Sequence record: SRR22947727_771
DNA: 61,110 nucleotides
Strand: one strand, 5' to 3'
This document shows positions 50,217-60,148 of the stretch, one piece after another. Below the pieces are notes generated by a model. The model saw only the letters and a list, made by a program, of their open reading frames with translations. It had not been told where the DNA came from and ran no database searches. The position numbers and the translations under genes are program-made. How positions within the stretch are numbered: the first letter of the stretch is position 1; each line of letters begins with the position of its first letter.

Positions 50217-51128
50217 TTAGGTGCTTTGAAGCCGCCGCGCTTCTTTTCCGGCCAAATCGATAAGGTCGGCGAAGAAAGGCTTTTGCAAATCGGGCGTGCG
50301 CACGGCTGCGTAAAGGCGGCGGGTTATCCCACTTTCGGTCAGCGGCCGCGTGACATAATCCGAATTATACTGGACCTCGCGCACTACCCAATCTGGCAAA
50401 ACCGCAACCCCACGATTTGAAGCAACCAACAAAAGAATAACCGCTGTCAGCTCTGCCTGTCGAATGGCTTTGGGTTCGACTTTCGCAGGGATTAATAATT
50501 GACTGAACAGGTCCAAGCGGCTGCGTTCAACAGGATAGGTGATCAAGGTTTGCTCTGCAAAATCCTTCGCCTCAATAAAAGGTTTTTTTGCCAAAGGATG
50601 CGATCGCGCCGCCACAAAGACGGGCGCGTAATCAAATAATGGCACAAATTCAATTCCCGGAAGGTCATCGGGATCGGAAGACACAACAAGATCAACATCT
50701 TCTTTTTGCAGCGCCGGCAAGGCATCAAATGCCAAGCCAGGCCGAATATCAACATCAACATCGCCCCAGTTTTTCCGAAAAGACTCTAAGACCGGAAACA
50801 GCCATTCAAAACAGGCATGGCATTCAATCGCAATATGCAACCGCCCTGCGCGCCCGCCCCGCAAACTGGCAAATTCTGCCTGCAAGGCGTCGATCTCGGG
50901 CAAAATCTTGTTGGCCGTGCGCAACAAGCGTTGACCCGCTGCGGATAAACGCATCGGTTTTGAACGCCGCACGAATAATTCAACCCCGGCCTGATCTTCT
51001 AAACCCTTGATCTGATGGCTTAGAGCGGATTGGGTTATATGCAGCATATCCGCGGCTTTGGCCAAACCACCGGCCTCTTCTATCGCCTTTATCGTTCTTA
51101 AATGGCGAAACTCAATGTGCATCTTCAT
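50217..51128 (-). CDS. metR: LysR-family methionine regulator
   Basis: TQSALSHQ, IAIECHACFEWL, LITYPV..RLD are MetR hallmarks; divergent from metF. Start may be 51122. Confidence 0.92.
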   Translation of the reverse strand: MKMHIEFRHLRTIKAIEEAGGLAKAADMLHITQSALSHQIKGLEDQAGVELFVRRSKPMRLSAAGQRLLRTANKILPEIDALQAEFASLRGGRAGRLHIAIECHACFEWLFPVLESFRKNWGDVDVDIRPGLAFDALPALQKEDVDLVVSSDPDDLPGIEFVPLFDYAPVFVAARSHPLAKKPFIEAKDFAEQTLITYPVERSRLDLFSQLLIPAKVEPKAIRQAELTAVILLLVASNRGVAVLPDWVVREVQYNSDYVTRPLTESGITRRLYAAVRTPDLQKPFFADLIDLAGKEARRLQST

Positions 51129-51156
51129 ATGGAACTCATAATATTAGTGAATTTTA

Positions 51157-51169
51157 TGAACTTGATTCA
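51157..51169. promoter_or_regulatory. MetR binding site
   Basis: TGAA-CTTGA-TTCA fits TGAA-N5-TTCA in the metR/metF divergent region. Confidence 0.7.
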
Positions 51170-51214
51170 AGTTTAAGGATCGTTGATGAGAGATGCAAGC
51201 AAGAAGGAACCCGC

Positions 51215-52084
51215 ATGAGCACGCCTGAAATATCATTTGAATTTTTTCCTCCAGCCTCTTTGAAAGACTCGTTTCGCCTTTGGAACACGATCAACGCGCT
51301 GGAAGGGTTTCAACCGAAATTTATCTCAATCACCCATGGAACCGGAAATAAACCGCGCGCCCTGACGCAAGATTTGGTGGAAACGCTTTTAGAACATAAA
51401 GATCTGACAGTGGCCGCGCATTTAACCTGCGTGGATATGAGCGCTGAAAGCACCTTGAATTTGGTAAGGAGTCTTGCGGCAAAGGGGTTGAAAGATATCG
51501 TTGCTCTGCGAGGCGATCCGGCGCCTGATCATGGCGGCGCGTTTCGCCCCCACCCTTTGGGCTATCAGACAAGTTGCGAGATGATCGCTGCTCTGAAAAA
51601 TCTGGGCGGTTTCAAAATAAGAGCCGCGGCCTATCCTCAAGGGCACCCCGAAAGCAGAAGCCAAGCTGCCGATCTTGATTGGTTGAAGCGCAAATTTGAA
51701 GCAGGCGCTGATGAAGCGATCACGCAATTCTTCTTTGAAGCGGATGACTTTCTGCGCTTTCGCGAAGCTTGCGTGAAATCTGGGATCGACGCCCCTATAA
51801 TTCCGGGCATTTTACCCATCGAAAACTGGATAAAAACCCGCAACTTCGCAAAGAAATGCGGCGTCAGCGTGCCGTTATGGCTAGAAGAAGCTTTTGAGCG
51901 CGCCGCGCGCGATGGCCGGCATGATTTATTATCCACCGCGATCGGTACCGAGCTTTGCGATACTTTGCGCTCGGAAGGCGTCGATACTTTGCATTTCTAC
52001 ACGCTTAATCGACCAGAACTGACGCGCGATATTTGCCTTGCCCTGGGCCTGACGGCAAAACCCTCTCTCAAAGCGGTCGCCTGA
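51215..52084 (+). CDS. metF: 5,10-methylenetetrahydrofolate reductase
   Basis: SFEFFPP, AHLTC, ALRGD, AITQFFF, PGILPI, HFYTLN. Confidence 0.95.
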   Translation: MSTPEISFEFFPPASLKDSFRLWNTINALEGFQPKFISITHGTGNKPRALTQDLVETLLEHKDLTVAAHLTCVDMSAESTLNLVRSLAAKGLKDIVALRGDPAPDHGGAFRPHPLGYQTSCEMIAALKNLGGFKIRAAAYPQGHPESRSQAADLDWLKRKFEAGADEAITQFFFEADDFLRFREACVKSGIDAPIIPGILPIENWIKTRNFAKKCGVSVPLWLEEAFERAARDGRHDLLSTAIGTELCDTLRSEGVDTLHFYTLNRPELTRDICLALGLTAKPSLKAVA

Positions 52085-52400
52085 AAGGCAAGCTAGGCGT
52101 GATCGCGCCTCTATCCTAGGCGCGCCTTCAAAAAGCTTTGCTATGCGGTGGTAGGCTGATGGCCTCTCCCTCTTTTTCAAAGCCCGCAGCCTGCAAAAAG
52201 CTAAACCTCGCTTTGGCAAGCTACAGCCTACACAAAACAGTCTCTCGGTTATCGCTGAACAGGGCCAGTGGCTTTCGCTACAGGCGATTAAAACCCACTT
52301 TCAAAACGATTGAAGAGGTAAAAAGCAATTTGCCAATTTACAACCTTGGGCACGGCTGAAATGGTAAGCGTAGGTATTGAAAAGGAAACTTGGTCACCCC

Positions 52401-53087
52401 ATGAGCTGGCTGGACGTTGTGATTTATAATTACCCTCTTATCATCAGCTTGGCTCTGATTGGATTTGGGTTCTACTTTGGTGAAAATGCGCTTTGGGGCA
52501 CCGTAACCATTTCTTTATGTCTGCTTTTATATACCGATCCAGATAAAATTGTGGTCTTAGTGGTCTATGCATTTTCCTTTTTTCTCATGCATCGGGGCTA
52601 TCGAAAAATCCGCCAAGGTTTAGAGGTTGAGCCGCCATCCGCCCCTGTAGCGCCTCCTAGCCCTGTCACCAATCTTGCGATAGATGGGAATAACCTTTTG
52701 GGCCTCGCTAAATGGGATTTGATCGCGTTGAAACGCTTTACCGATGAACTGCGCCACGACGGCTTCACCCTGCATCTTTTCTTTGATCACAGCGTTTATC
52801 GCACTTTGAAAGAAAACGACTTACTACAACCCAATGAAACCGTTCCAATGGCCGTCAGCCGCGTGCTGGATGTGGACCGCCATATGCTTACCGTCTCGAA
52901 AAAAGGCCATAAGGCAGACGCGTTGCTGATCCGATTTGCCGATCGCAATGATTATATGGTGTTAAGTAATGATCGCTTTAACAAGGCAAGCGAAGATTTT
53001 TTATATCAAAAAGCAGTCTCCCGTCTTGGCAGCAAAGGCTTTTTAAAACGGGTTGGTTTGCTGCAGGGTGAGCTGACAATCCTTTAA
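52401..53087 (+). CDS. Membrane-anchored NYN/PIN-domain (Zc3h12a-like) protein
   Basis: N-terminal hydrophobic helices, Pro-rich linker, then AIDGNN, FFD, KAD.LL, VLSNDRF acidic motifs. Confidence 0.75.
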   Translation: MSWLDVVIYNYPLIISLALIGFGFYFGENALWGTVTISLCLLLYTDPDKIVVLVVYAFSFFLMHRGYRKIRQGLEVEPPSAPVAPPSPVTNLAIDGNNLLGLAKWDLIALKRFTDELRHDGFTLHLFFDHSVYRTLKENDLLQPNETVPMAVSRVLDVDRHMLTVSKKGHKADALLIRFADRNDYMVLSNDRFNKASEDFLYQKAVSRLGSKGFLKRVGLLQGELTIL

Positions 53088-54405
53088 ACCTCGCTTACAT
53101 GATCCGCGCGGGTTGGTTGCATTTTCTTGCGGATTTGCACAGCCTCAAGGCAGGCGTCAATATCGATATCGTCCCACCGAAGGCACGCGCCGGCGGCAAT
53201 ATTGGTTTTGAGCGTTACATTATGCGCCAAACCAATTGGAAGCGCACCCATCTCCAGCGATGTGCGCGCGGGCAATAACTTACCCCAAACGGTATAACCG
53301 CCCTCGCCATCCAGCCTCTCTCCGGCGCTGAGGTCACGCTTCGCTACCGCCACCACGTCGGCATGAAACCCCTTGGTTCTGCCCGTTGGGCTATTGAGCA
53401 GAGCCGCGGACAGAATCGAAATATTTAACTCTAATCCAATTAAGTGAAAGGGCTTCTACATCGCCGAATAGCGGCCTGACTCGTCTGTATTCATACCATA
53501 TTGGCGAAAACATGCGGCGGCATACTCGGTCGGGGCTTCCAGAACAACGTAGACACCCCAGCGCAAATCACGGAACACGGGCCTGCCATCCCGTTCAACA
53601 GAGGACACCACTTCAACCTGTCCGCTCAACTCCAATTGCCCGCCTTCAGCCCGCGGTCGCAGCACATGCGCCAAATCATCCATACCCGCAGGTGGGAAGG
53701 CCAAGCCCTGACTGGGCGCCGCCAATCCGGTGGCATTTGAAATCGCCGCCATTTCTAATGCGGATTTGGTTCCATCTAAAAAGGAATTGAACATCTTACT
53801 GTTCATACCTGCCGCTTCCGCCTGGCTGGACGTTAACCCATAATGGTCCCACACAGTGTCTGGTGTAGACATATGATAAGAGGGTAAATACTTGGTTCCT
53901 TTGCCCGCAGCGATCACACGAAACCCGCTAGATCTGGCCCAATCCACCAATTCGCATGTCAGCGCAGGCTGATCGCCATAGGCCATCGAATAAACAACCC
54001 CCGCCGCTTCGGCTTCTTGCGCTAGAAAACTTCCCGCAAGCACATCGCTTCCACATTTACCATCACAATATGACGACGGTTGGCAATCGCTTGGCGCGCA
54101 TGCGTGATCCCCACAATTGGATCTCCAGTGGCTTCAACGATCACATCAAACTCGACGCTTTGCATCATTTCAACCGCATCGTCTGAGAAACTTGTTTGGG
54201 CGATTAACTCCTTCGACCAGCCAATTGACGCACAAGTCGCCTTTGCTTGATCCGGGAATAGGTCCGCAATTGCCACCACCTCAAGGCCTGGTGTATTGGG
54301 CACTTGCGCCAAAAACATTGAGCCAAATTTTCCCGCCCCAATAAGACCAACGCGAATAGGAGATTGGCTTTTTGCGCGGCGCAGCAACGCCTCATACATA
54401 AACAT
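53084..54405 (-). pseudogene. Homoserine-dehydrogenase-like NAD(P) oxidoreductase with C-terminal SAF domain, disrupted
   Basis: Three track ORFs join into one gene: GAGKFG..., MVNVEA(D)VLAG with a 1-nt deletion near 54047, YSAM*KPFHLIGLEL with TAG at 53456-53458, then AKRDL..GE.LDGEGGY (SAF). Confidence 0.88.
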
Positions 54406-54577
54406 ATGTTGCTCCTTTTTTTGACCAAGTTGTGCAAACTATCGCGTCGAAGTTCCAATTTTGTCCAGTAAAAACGAAGCTCCTGCGTTCTTTGAGGATG
54501 GCGGCCGCGCTGTAGGTCAAATTTCCTGAAACGGCAGACCTTCATTGTTTGGCAGGCAGGAAAACTACCCTGCGCGC

Positions 54578-55462
54578 TTAAGCGATTAAAACGGCCAAAG
54601 TAATCGGAATCAAAGCTACCGAGAACAGCGTTGAGATAACCACCAACCCGGCAACCGCTTGTGAATCGGCACCGTATTTCTCTGCCAACATATACGATGT
54701 CACAGCGACCGGCGTTGTGACTTGCAGCACCAAAACGGCAAAGGCAATATCGGGTAAATTAAACCACCATCCCGCCGCACATGCGCAGATCAAACATCCG
54801 GCATATTTGATAAGCGCCAACCACGCCACTTTTGAAACACGCCCTGGCGTTAAACGCGCCACCGCTACCCCAAGCGTAATCAGCATTAACGGAATCGCCA
54901 TTTGCCCGATCAATTCAAGGGTATTGGTCAAAAACGGCGGCGTCTCCCAGCCCTGCCATAGAAACAGCGCACCTAAAAACGTGGCCGAGACCAGCGGCTC
55001 TTTTACGATTTTAAAGAGTGAGCCGCCCCCAGACACGATCCAAATTCCTGCCGTGAAAGAATACATGCCCATAATTGCAAAGATCACAACTGCATATCCA
55101 AAACCTTCATCACCGAAAGCGAAAAATGCCAACGGAAGGCCCATATTCCCGGTATTTCCAAAAATTAATGGTCCCAAATAGGTACGCAGATCCAAGCCCG
55201 CCAACTTGACCAAAGCAAATCCCGCCACTGTTACCAATGCGTAGGCCAGAATGCTTGCAAATACGGTAATCTGTAAAAACCCAGCGTCGATTTTCGTTTG
55301 CATCAGCGCGGTAAAAATTAAACAAGGCACACCCAAACTCATAGACAGGCGGGTAACAAACTGCACCCGATACTCAAACCCCAGCTTCACCCATAAAAAC
55401 CCTATAGCCGCCAGAATAAAAACCGGCGCCACAACTTCTGAAACAGAGAAAAGAAGAGACAT
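54578..55462 (-). CDS. AEC (auxin efflux carrier/malate permease) family transporter
   Basis: PCLIF, FGNTGNMGLPL, IPLMLITLG, PVAV, ISTL; about 10 TM. Confidence 0.9.
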   Translation of the reverse strand: MSLLFSVSEVVAPVFILAAIGFLWVKLGFEYRVQFVTRLSMSLGVPCLIFTALMQTKIDAGFLQITVFASILAYALVTVAGFALVKLAGLDLRTYLGPLIFGNTGNMGLPLAFFAFGDEGFGYAVVIFAIMGMYSFTAGIWIVSGGGSLFKIVKEPLVSATFLGALFLWQGWETPPFLTNTLELIGQMAIPLMLITLGVAVARLTPGRVSKVAWLALIKYAGCLICACAAGWWFNLPDIAFAVLVLQVTTPVAVTSYMLAEKYGADSQAVAGLVVISTLFSVALIPITLAVLIA

Positions 55463-55826
55463 CTCTAAAAGCCCATTTTGTGAACAAGATCCGGAAACAT
55501 ACCAAATATCTTGCGGCGTGGCTTACGCAGAATATCTAAAAGTTTCAATGACCCTGCGCTTTAAAATGGTAGTGCTTATCGAGGTTTCATGGCCCCCCTG
55601 CCCGCGCGTTACCCAGTTGATCGACAAAACAAGCTTTGCTTTCAGCCATTTGTCATCCAACGCGACTGACAGTCACGGCGAAAACTGAATCTACAAGGCC
55701 GTATAGAAAACAAGATTGCCAAAAGCGCTGATCAAAGACATATTCGCTTGAACTTGGCCCCACGTCTGGGGCTGAAACGCGGGTACATGATGGTACCTTC
55801 CTTTAACCCCAGCGGGATCACGTTGC

Positions 55827-56798
55827 ATGCAAAACTCCGAGCCCGTCTCAAGAAACCTAGAAAATCAGTGTAAAACAGTAGCGATTATCGGGGCGGGGCT
55901 GATCGGCTGCGGATGGGCAATTGTATTTGCCCGCGCTGGGTGGCGCGTAAATTTATACGATCTTCACCAGCACGCGCTTGTTGCAGCGCAAGACACCATT
56001 GCAGCGCAGCTTAATTTGCTTGAATCCCATCATCTATGCTCAGAGACAAGCGAAATTCAATCGCATATTCACTGCGTAACCAAGCTCCAAGCTGCCGTTC
56101 AAGGCGCTGATTACATTCAGGAATGTGGACCTGAAAATTTAGATGAAAAATGCAAGATATTTAGAGAGCTGGATGAAATCACTCCTCCAGAGGCCATATT
56201 AGCCAGCTCAAGCTCAGGCCTGATGGCCTCACAATTTACGGCAGATCTTTCCGGACGACATCGCGCTTTGGTTGCGCATCCGGTAAATCCACCCCATCTG
56301 GTGCCACTTGTCGAAATTTCCTCTGCCGAATGGAACGATCAGAATACCATTAAAACCGTCCATCAAATTATGACATCTATCGGCCAAACCCCCATTACAT
56401 TGCATAAAGAAATACCCGGCTTTGTGCTCAACCGTCTGCAAGGCGCGCTGCTCAATGAAGCGTTGCGCCTCTCGCAAGCCGGGATCGCCTCAGCTGAGGA
56501 TATCGATAAAACAATCCGCGATGGGTTGGGCATGCGCTGGTCCTTTATGGGGCCATTTGAAACCATCGATTTAAACGCACCAGGCGGGTTGGCCGATTAT
56601 GCGGCCCGTTACGGCGCGATGTATCGCGCAATGGCAGAGCCCCCTCTGGCAAGCCCTGATTGGAGCAAAGCGGCTATTGATAAAATAGCGCAGGAAAGAC
56701 GCGCTGCGCTGGATATAAAGGATCTGAACCTGCGCCAGTACTGGCGTGATGCGCGTTTGGCCGCGCTTGCCGCGCATAAACAAAAACAGGATCGCTAA
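55827..56798 (+). CDS. 3-hydroxyacyl-CoA dehydrogenase family (lambda-crystallin/L-gulonate or carnitine dehydrogenase-like)
   Basis: IGAGLIG, QECGPE, ASSSS, HPVNPPHL.PLVE, GFVLNRLQ.A, GLGMRWSFMGPFE. Confidence 0.88.
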   Translation: MQNSEPVSRNLENQCKTVAIIGAGLIGCGWAIVFARAGWRVNLYDLHQHALVAAQDTIAAQLNLLESHHLCSETSEIQSHIHCVTKLQAAVQGADYIQECGPENLDEKCKIFRELDEITPPEAILASSSSGLMASQFTADLSGRHRALVAHPVNPPHLVPLVEISSAEWNDQNTIKTVHQIMTSIGQTPITLHKEIPGFVLNRLQGALLNEALRLSQAGIASAEDIDKTIRDGLGMRWSFMGPFETIDLNAPGGLADYAARYGAMYRAMAEPPLASPDWSKAAIDKIAQERRAALDIKDLNLRQYWRDARLAALAAHKQKQDR

Positions 56799-56799
56799 A

Positions 56800-57735
56800 A
56801 TGAGCAAACCAAACCGTAATGTAATTATAACCTGCGCCGTGACTGGTGCGATCCACACACCCAGCATGTCACCTTATTTACCGGTGACGCCAGATGAAAT
56901 CACAGCCGCTGCGATTGCAGCCGCCGAAGCGGGAGCGTCAATTTTACATCTGCATGCGCGGGATCCTGATACCGGTAAACCTAGCCAAGACCCCTACGTT
57001 TTTGAACAATTTCTGCCGCGGATAAAACAAGCAACAGATGCCGTCATCAACATCACCACCGGAGGCAGTCCGCATATGAGCGTGGCGGAGCGGATGCAAC
57101 CGGCCACAACCTTTCAGCCAGAAGTGGCGTCTTTGAATATGGGATCAATGAATTTTGGGCTTTATCCTATGCTAGACCGCTTTGATCACTTCACCCATAC
57201 ATGGGAACGCGAAAATCTAGAAAACTCTCGCGACCTTGTCTTCAAAAACACCTTCCAAGACATCGAAACAATCCTGCGTATCGGCAATGAAAATGGCACG
57301 CGCTTTGAATTTGAATGCTACGATATTTCGCATCTGTATAATCTGGCGCATTTCGTTGATCGCGGTTTGGCCAAAACGCCTTTATTTATTCAATCTATTT
57401 TTGGCCTGCTTGGCGGTATTGGCGCGCATCCTGAAGATCTGATGCATATGAAGCGCACCGCGGATCGCTTATTTGGATCAGAGTATCAATGGTCAATCCT
57501 CGGGGCCGGGCGCCATCAAATGCCATTGGCGGCCATGGGCGCTGCACAGGGGGCAAATGTGCGCGTCGGGTTGGAAGATTCCTTATGGATCGCGCCTAAA
57601 GAATTGGCAAAATCCAACGCAGATCAAGTTACCAAAATGCGGCAAATTCTCGAAGGCCTTTCTTTGAATATCGCCACTCCTGCGCAGACAAGAGAGATGC
57701 TGGCTTTAAAAGGCGCTGACCGGGTTAATTTTTAA
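56800..57735 (+). CDS. Beta-keto acid cleavage enzyme (DUF849 / Kce family)
   Basis: IITCAVTG, HLHARD, TTGG, ASLNMGS, FECYD, VRVGLED; start trimmed to MSKPNR. Confidence 0.92.
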   Translation: MSKPNRNVIITCAVTGAIHTPSMSPYLPVTPDEITAAAIAAAEAGASILHLHARDPDTGKPSQDPYVFEQFLPRIKQATDAVINITTGGSPHMSVAERMQPATTFQPEVASLNMGSMNFGLYPMLDRFDHFTHTWERENLENSRDLVFKNTFQDIETILRIGNENGTRFEFECYDISHLYNLAHFVDRGLAKTPLFIQSIFGLLGGIGAHPEDLMHMKRTADRLFGSEYQWSILGAGRHQMPLAAMGAAQGANVRVGLEDSLWIAPKELAKSNADQVTKMRQILEGLSLNIATPAQTREMLALKGADRVNF

Positions 57736-57756
57736 ATCGCCACTAAGGACAAGATT

Positions 57757-58539
57757 ATGGGCTTTCAGACGAATTTATGTAAAGATTTAAAAGTCTTGGT
57801 CACGGCGGGTGGCAACGGGATTGGGCGGGTGATTGCGGAAAGTTTTGCCTCTTATGGTGCTCAGATCCATATCTGCGACGCAGATAACGCAGCCTTGGCT
57901 GATGTGAAAGCCAGCCAACCCGAGTGGGGCCGCAGCCATTGCGATATCGCCTATGAAAAGCAGGTGGCGCGATTATTTGAAGAGGCAAACACTGAAATGG
58001 GCGGCCTTGACGTTTTGGTGAACAACGCCGGCATTGCAGGCCCAACCGGCGCCATAGAAGATATTGAAAGCAGCAAATGGCGGGACACCGTGGATGTAAA
58101 TCTCAATGGTCAATTTTACTGCACAAAATACGCGATGCCGTTGCTGAAGCGGTCTCAGAACGCCTCGATTATCTGCATATCATCGGTTGCAGGGCGCTTA
58201 GGCTATGGCTATCGAACGCCCTATTCTGCCACCAAATGGGCCATCATTGGTTTGGTGAAAAGTTTGGCAATCGAATTGGGCCCAAGCGGAATACGCGCCA
58301 ACGCATTATTGCCGGGTATCGTCGAGGGCCCAAGAATGCAAAAAGTGATTGCTGATCGCGCCGCTGCGCTAGAGCTTTCGTATCAAGATATGGAGCAAGA
58401 CTACCTGAATAAAATATCGCTCCGACGCATGGTCAGCGCGCAAGATGTTGCCGAGCAAGCCATCTTTCTTGCCTCGCCTCTTGGGCGCAACATATCCGGA
58501 CAAGCGATCAGTATTTGTGGCAATGTAGAAACATTGTGA
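57757..58539 (+). CDS. Short-chain dehydrogenase/reductase
   Basis: TAGGNGIG, NNAG, ISS, YSATK, N..LPG. Confidence 0.92.
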   Translation: MGFQTNLCKDLKVLVTAGGNGIGRVIAESFASYGAQIHICDADNAALADVKASQPEWGRSHCDIAYEKQVARLFEEANTEMGGLDVLVNNAGIAGPTGAIEDIESSKWRDTVDVNLNGQFYCTKYAMPLLKRSQNASIICISSVAGRLGYGYRTPYSATKWAIIGLVKSLAIELGPSGIRANALLPGIVEGPRMQKVIADRAAALELSYQDMEQDYLNKISLRRMVSAQDVAEQAIFLASPLGRNISGQAISICGNVETL

Positions 58540-58554
58540 TCACCCAATCCTGTC

Positions 58555-58574
58555 AAGGCGCGGCGCCTTTTTTT
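58555..58574 (+). terminator. Rho-independent terminator
   Basis: AAGGCG-CGG-CGCCTT followed by a T run, just after the SDR stop. Confidence 0.6.
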
Positions 58575-58737
58575 CAGGTGGTATTGCTGTGCTTTACAGC
58601 CCCAGTTGCGGTTGAAAACAGCCTACCGGCGCGTCGCCCTGCCCGGCGCAGCGTTTTAAAGGCGCTTTACGTTTTAATGGTTTGAGCAGATCGAAACGTT
58701 TTATTTCAAAACAACGCCCGGGGCAGATAATGCAGTT

Positions 58738-59865
58738 TCATTTTGTGGCAACCGGCGGGTTTCCCGGCACCGGCAAAGCTAAAAAGGCTTTGTTCGAGCG
58801 CCTATATTGAGGGGGATATGCTGCTTTCGCATTCAGGCTTTCTGCCGCCTGCCATGCCCAACGCGGATTGTTTAACATCGCGCGTCCAAGCGCAACCATA
58901 TCAGCCTGCTCCGAACGCAGCACCGCCTCGGCCTGTTTTGGATCCGTGATATGACCAACCGCCATTGTCGGCATACCGGTTATCCGCTTAATTTCCGCGG
59001 CAAACCCGGTTTGATAGCCTGGGCCGGCATCTATCTCTTGCTCTGGCGAATTCCCCGCGCTTGACACATCGATGAAATCGCAGCCACGGGTTTTCAATTC
59101 TCCGGCAAAGATCTGCGACTCGGCGAGCGTCCAGCTTGAGCGGGCGACCCAATCAGTAGCCGAAAGCCGCACGCCCAAAGCCTTATGTTTTGGCCAGATT
59201 TCGCGCACAGCCTCGAACACCGCCAAAGGAAACCGCATTCGGCCTTGCAAACTTCCTCCAAACTCATCCGCACGCAGGTTGCTTAAGGGCGAAAGAAATT
59301 GATGCAACAAATACCCATGCGCGGCATGCAGTTCAGCAACATCAAACCCGATGCGGTCAGCGCGCTGCGCGGCGCTTACAAAGGCATTCTTGATCCGCAG
59401 CAGCCCAGCTTGATCCAACGCGGCTGGCGCGTCCCACCCTTTAGGCGCATACGGCACTGCCGACGGGCTATCCGTTTGCCATCCGCGCGGCTCATTTGGT
59501 GAAATGGGCTTTCCACCATTCCAGGGCAAATCCGTTGATCCTTTGCGCCCAGCATGGGCAAGTTGTATACCCATTTTGGCATGACCAAACTTTTGACAAA
59601 AATCAAACACGCGTTTCAAGCTGCTCTCCTGCGCATCCGAGCACAAGCTTAGGCATCCCGGAGTAATCCGGCCCGCCATCTCCACGCCAACCGCTTCGGT
59701 CAAGATCAGCCCCACGCCAGACACCGCAAACTGCCCCAAATGCATTAAATGCCAATCCGTGGCGCATCCTGCATCCGCGCTATATTGGCACATTGGTGAC
59801 ACAATGATGCGATTGCGCAGTTCAACATCTGCCAAAGAAATGGGCGAGAAAAGCCGACTGCCCAT
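58738..59865 (-). CDS. NADH:flavin oxidoreductase (old yellow enzyme, YqjM/XenA class)
   Basis: NRIIVSPMCQYS, QLAHAGRK, ELHAAHGYLLHQFLSP, GPGYQ, YPPQY.R. Confidence 0.93.
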   Translation of the reverse strand: MGSRLFSPISLADVELRNRIIVSPMCQYSADAGCATDWHLMHLGQFAVSGVGLILTEAVGVEMAGRITPGCLSLCSDAQESSLKRVFDFCQKFGHAKMGIQLAHAGRKGSTDLPWNGGKPISPNEPRGWQTDSPSAVPYAPKGWDAPAALDQAGLLRIKNAFVSAAQRADRIGFDVAELHAAHGYLLHQFLSPLSNLRADEFGGSLQGRMRFPLAVFEAVREIWPKHKALGVRLSATDWVARSSWTLAESQIFAGELKTRGCDFIDVSSAGNSPEQEIDAGPGYQTGFAAEIKRITGMPTMAVGHITDPKQAEAVLRSEQADMVALGRAMLNNPRWAWQAAESLNAKAAYPPQYRRSNKAFLALPVPGNPPVATK

Positions 59866-60148
59866 TATCAACACCCAACCAAATTATGGTGGTAAAAGTG
59901 GGTGGGATTGCACCCATTTTTCATAGTCTGCGTTTTCATAACCGGCCTCGCTCTGTGATAGAGCGAAGACTATCAGAGGCCAAGAAACTTCATAGTGCCA
60001 AAATAACGCCTTTGACAGCAGCCCTGCAAAGGGCCCGCGAAAACCCTTTCTTTAAGAAAACCATAGCGAGCAGCGCTTTTGGGCCTTGAAACCTGAACCA
60101 GAAAGCAGTGCGCTGAAGCACCGGTGCATGCATAAAACCAAAAAGGCC

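Noticed and set aside
23546..52084. metY, cobT/cobS and metR/metF as one methionine/B12 island
   Set aside because: The genes are tens of kb apart and separated by unrelated core genes; no evidence of a unit.
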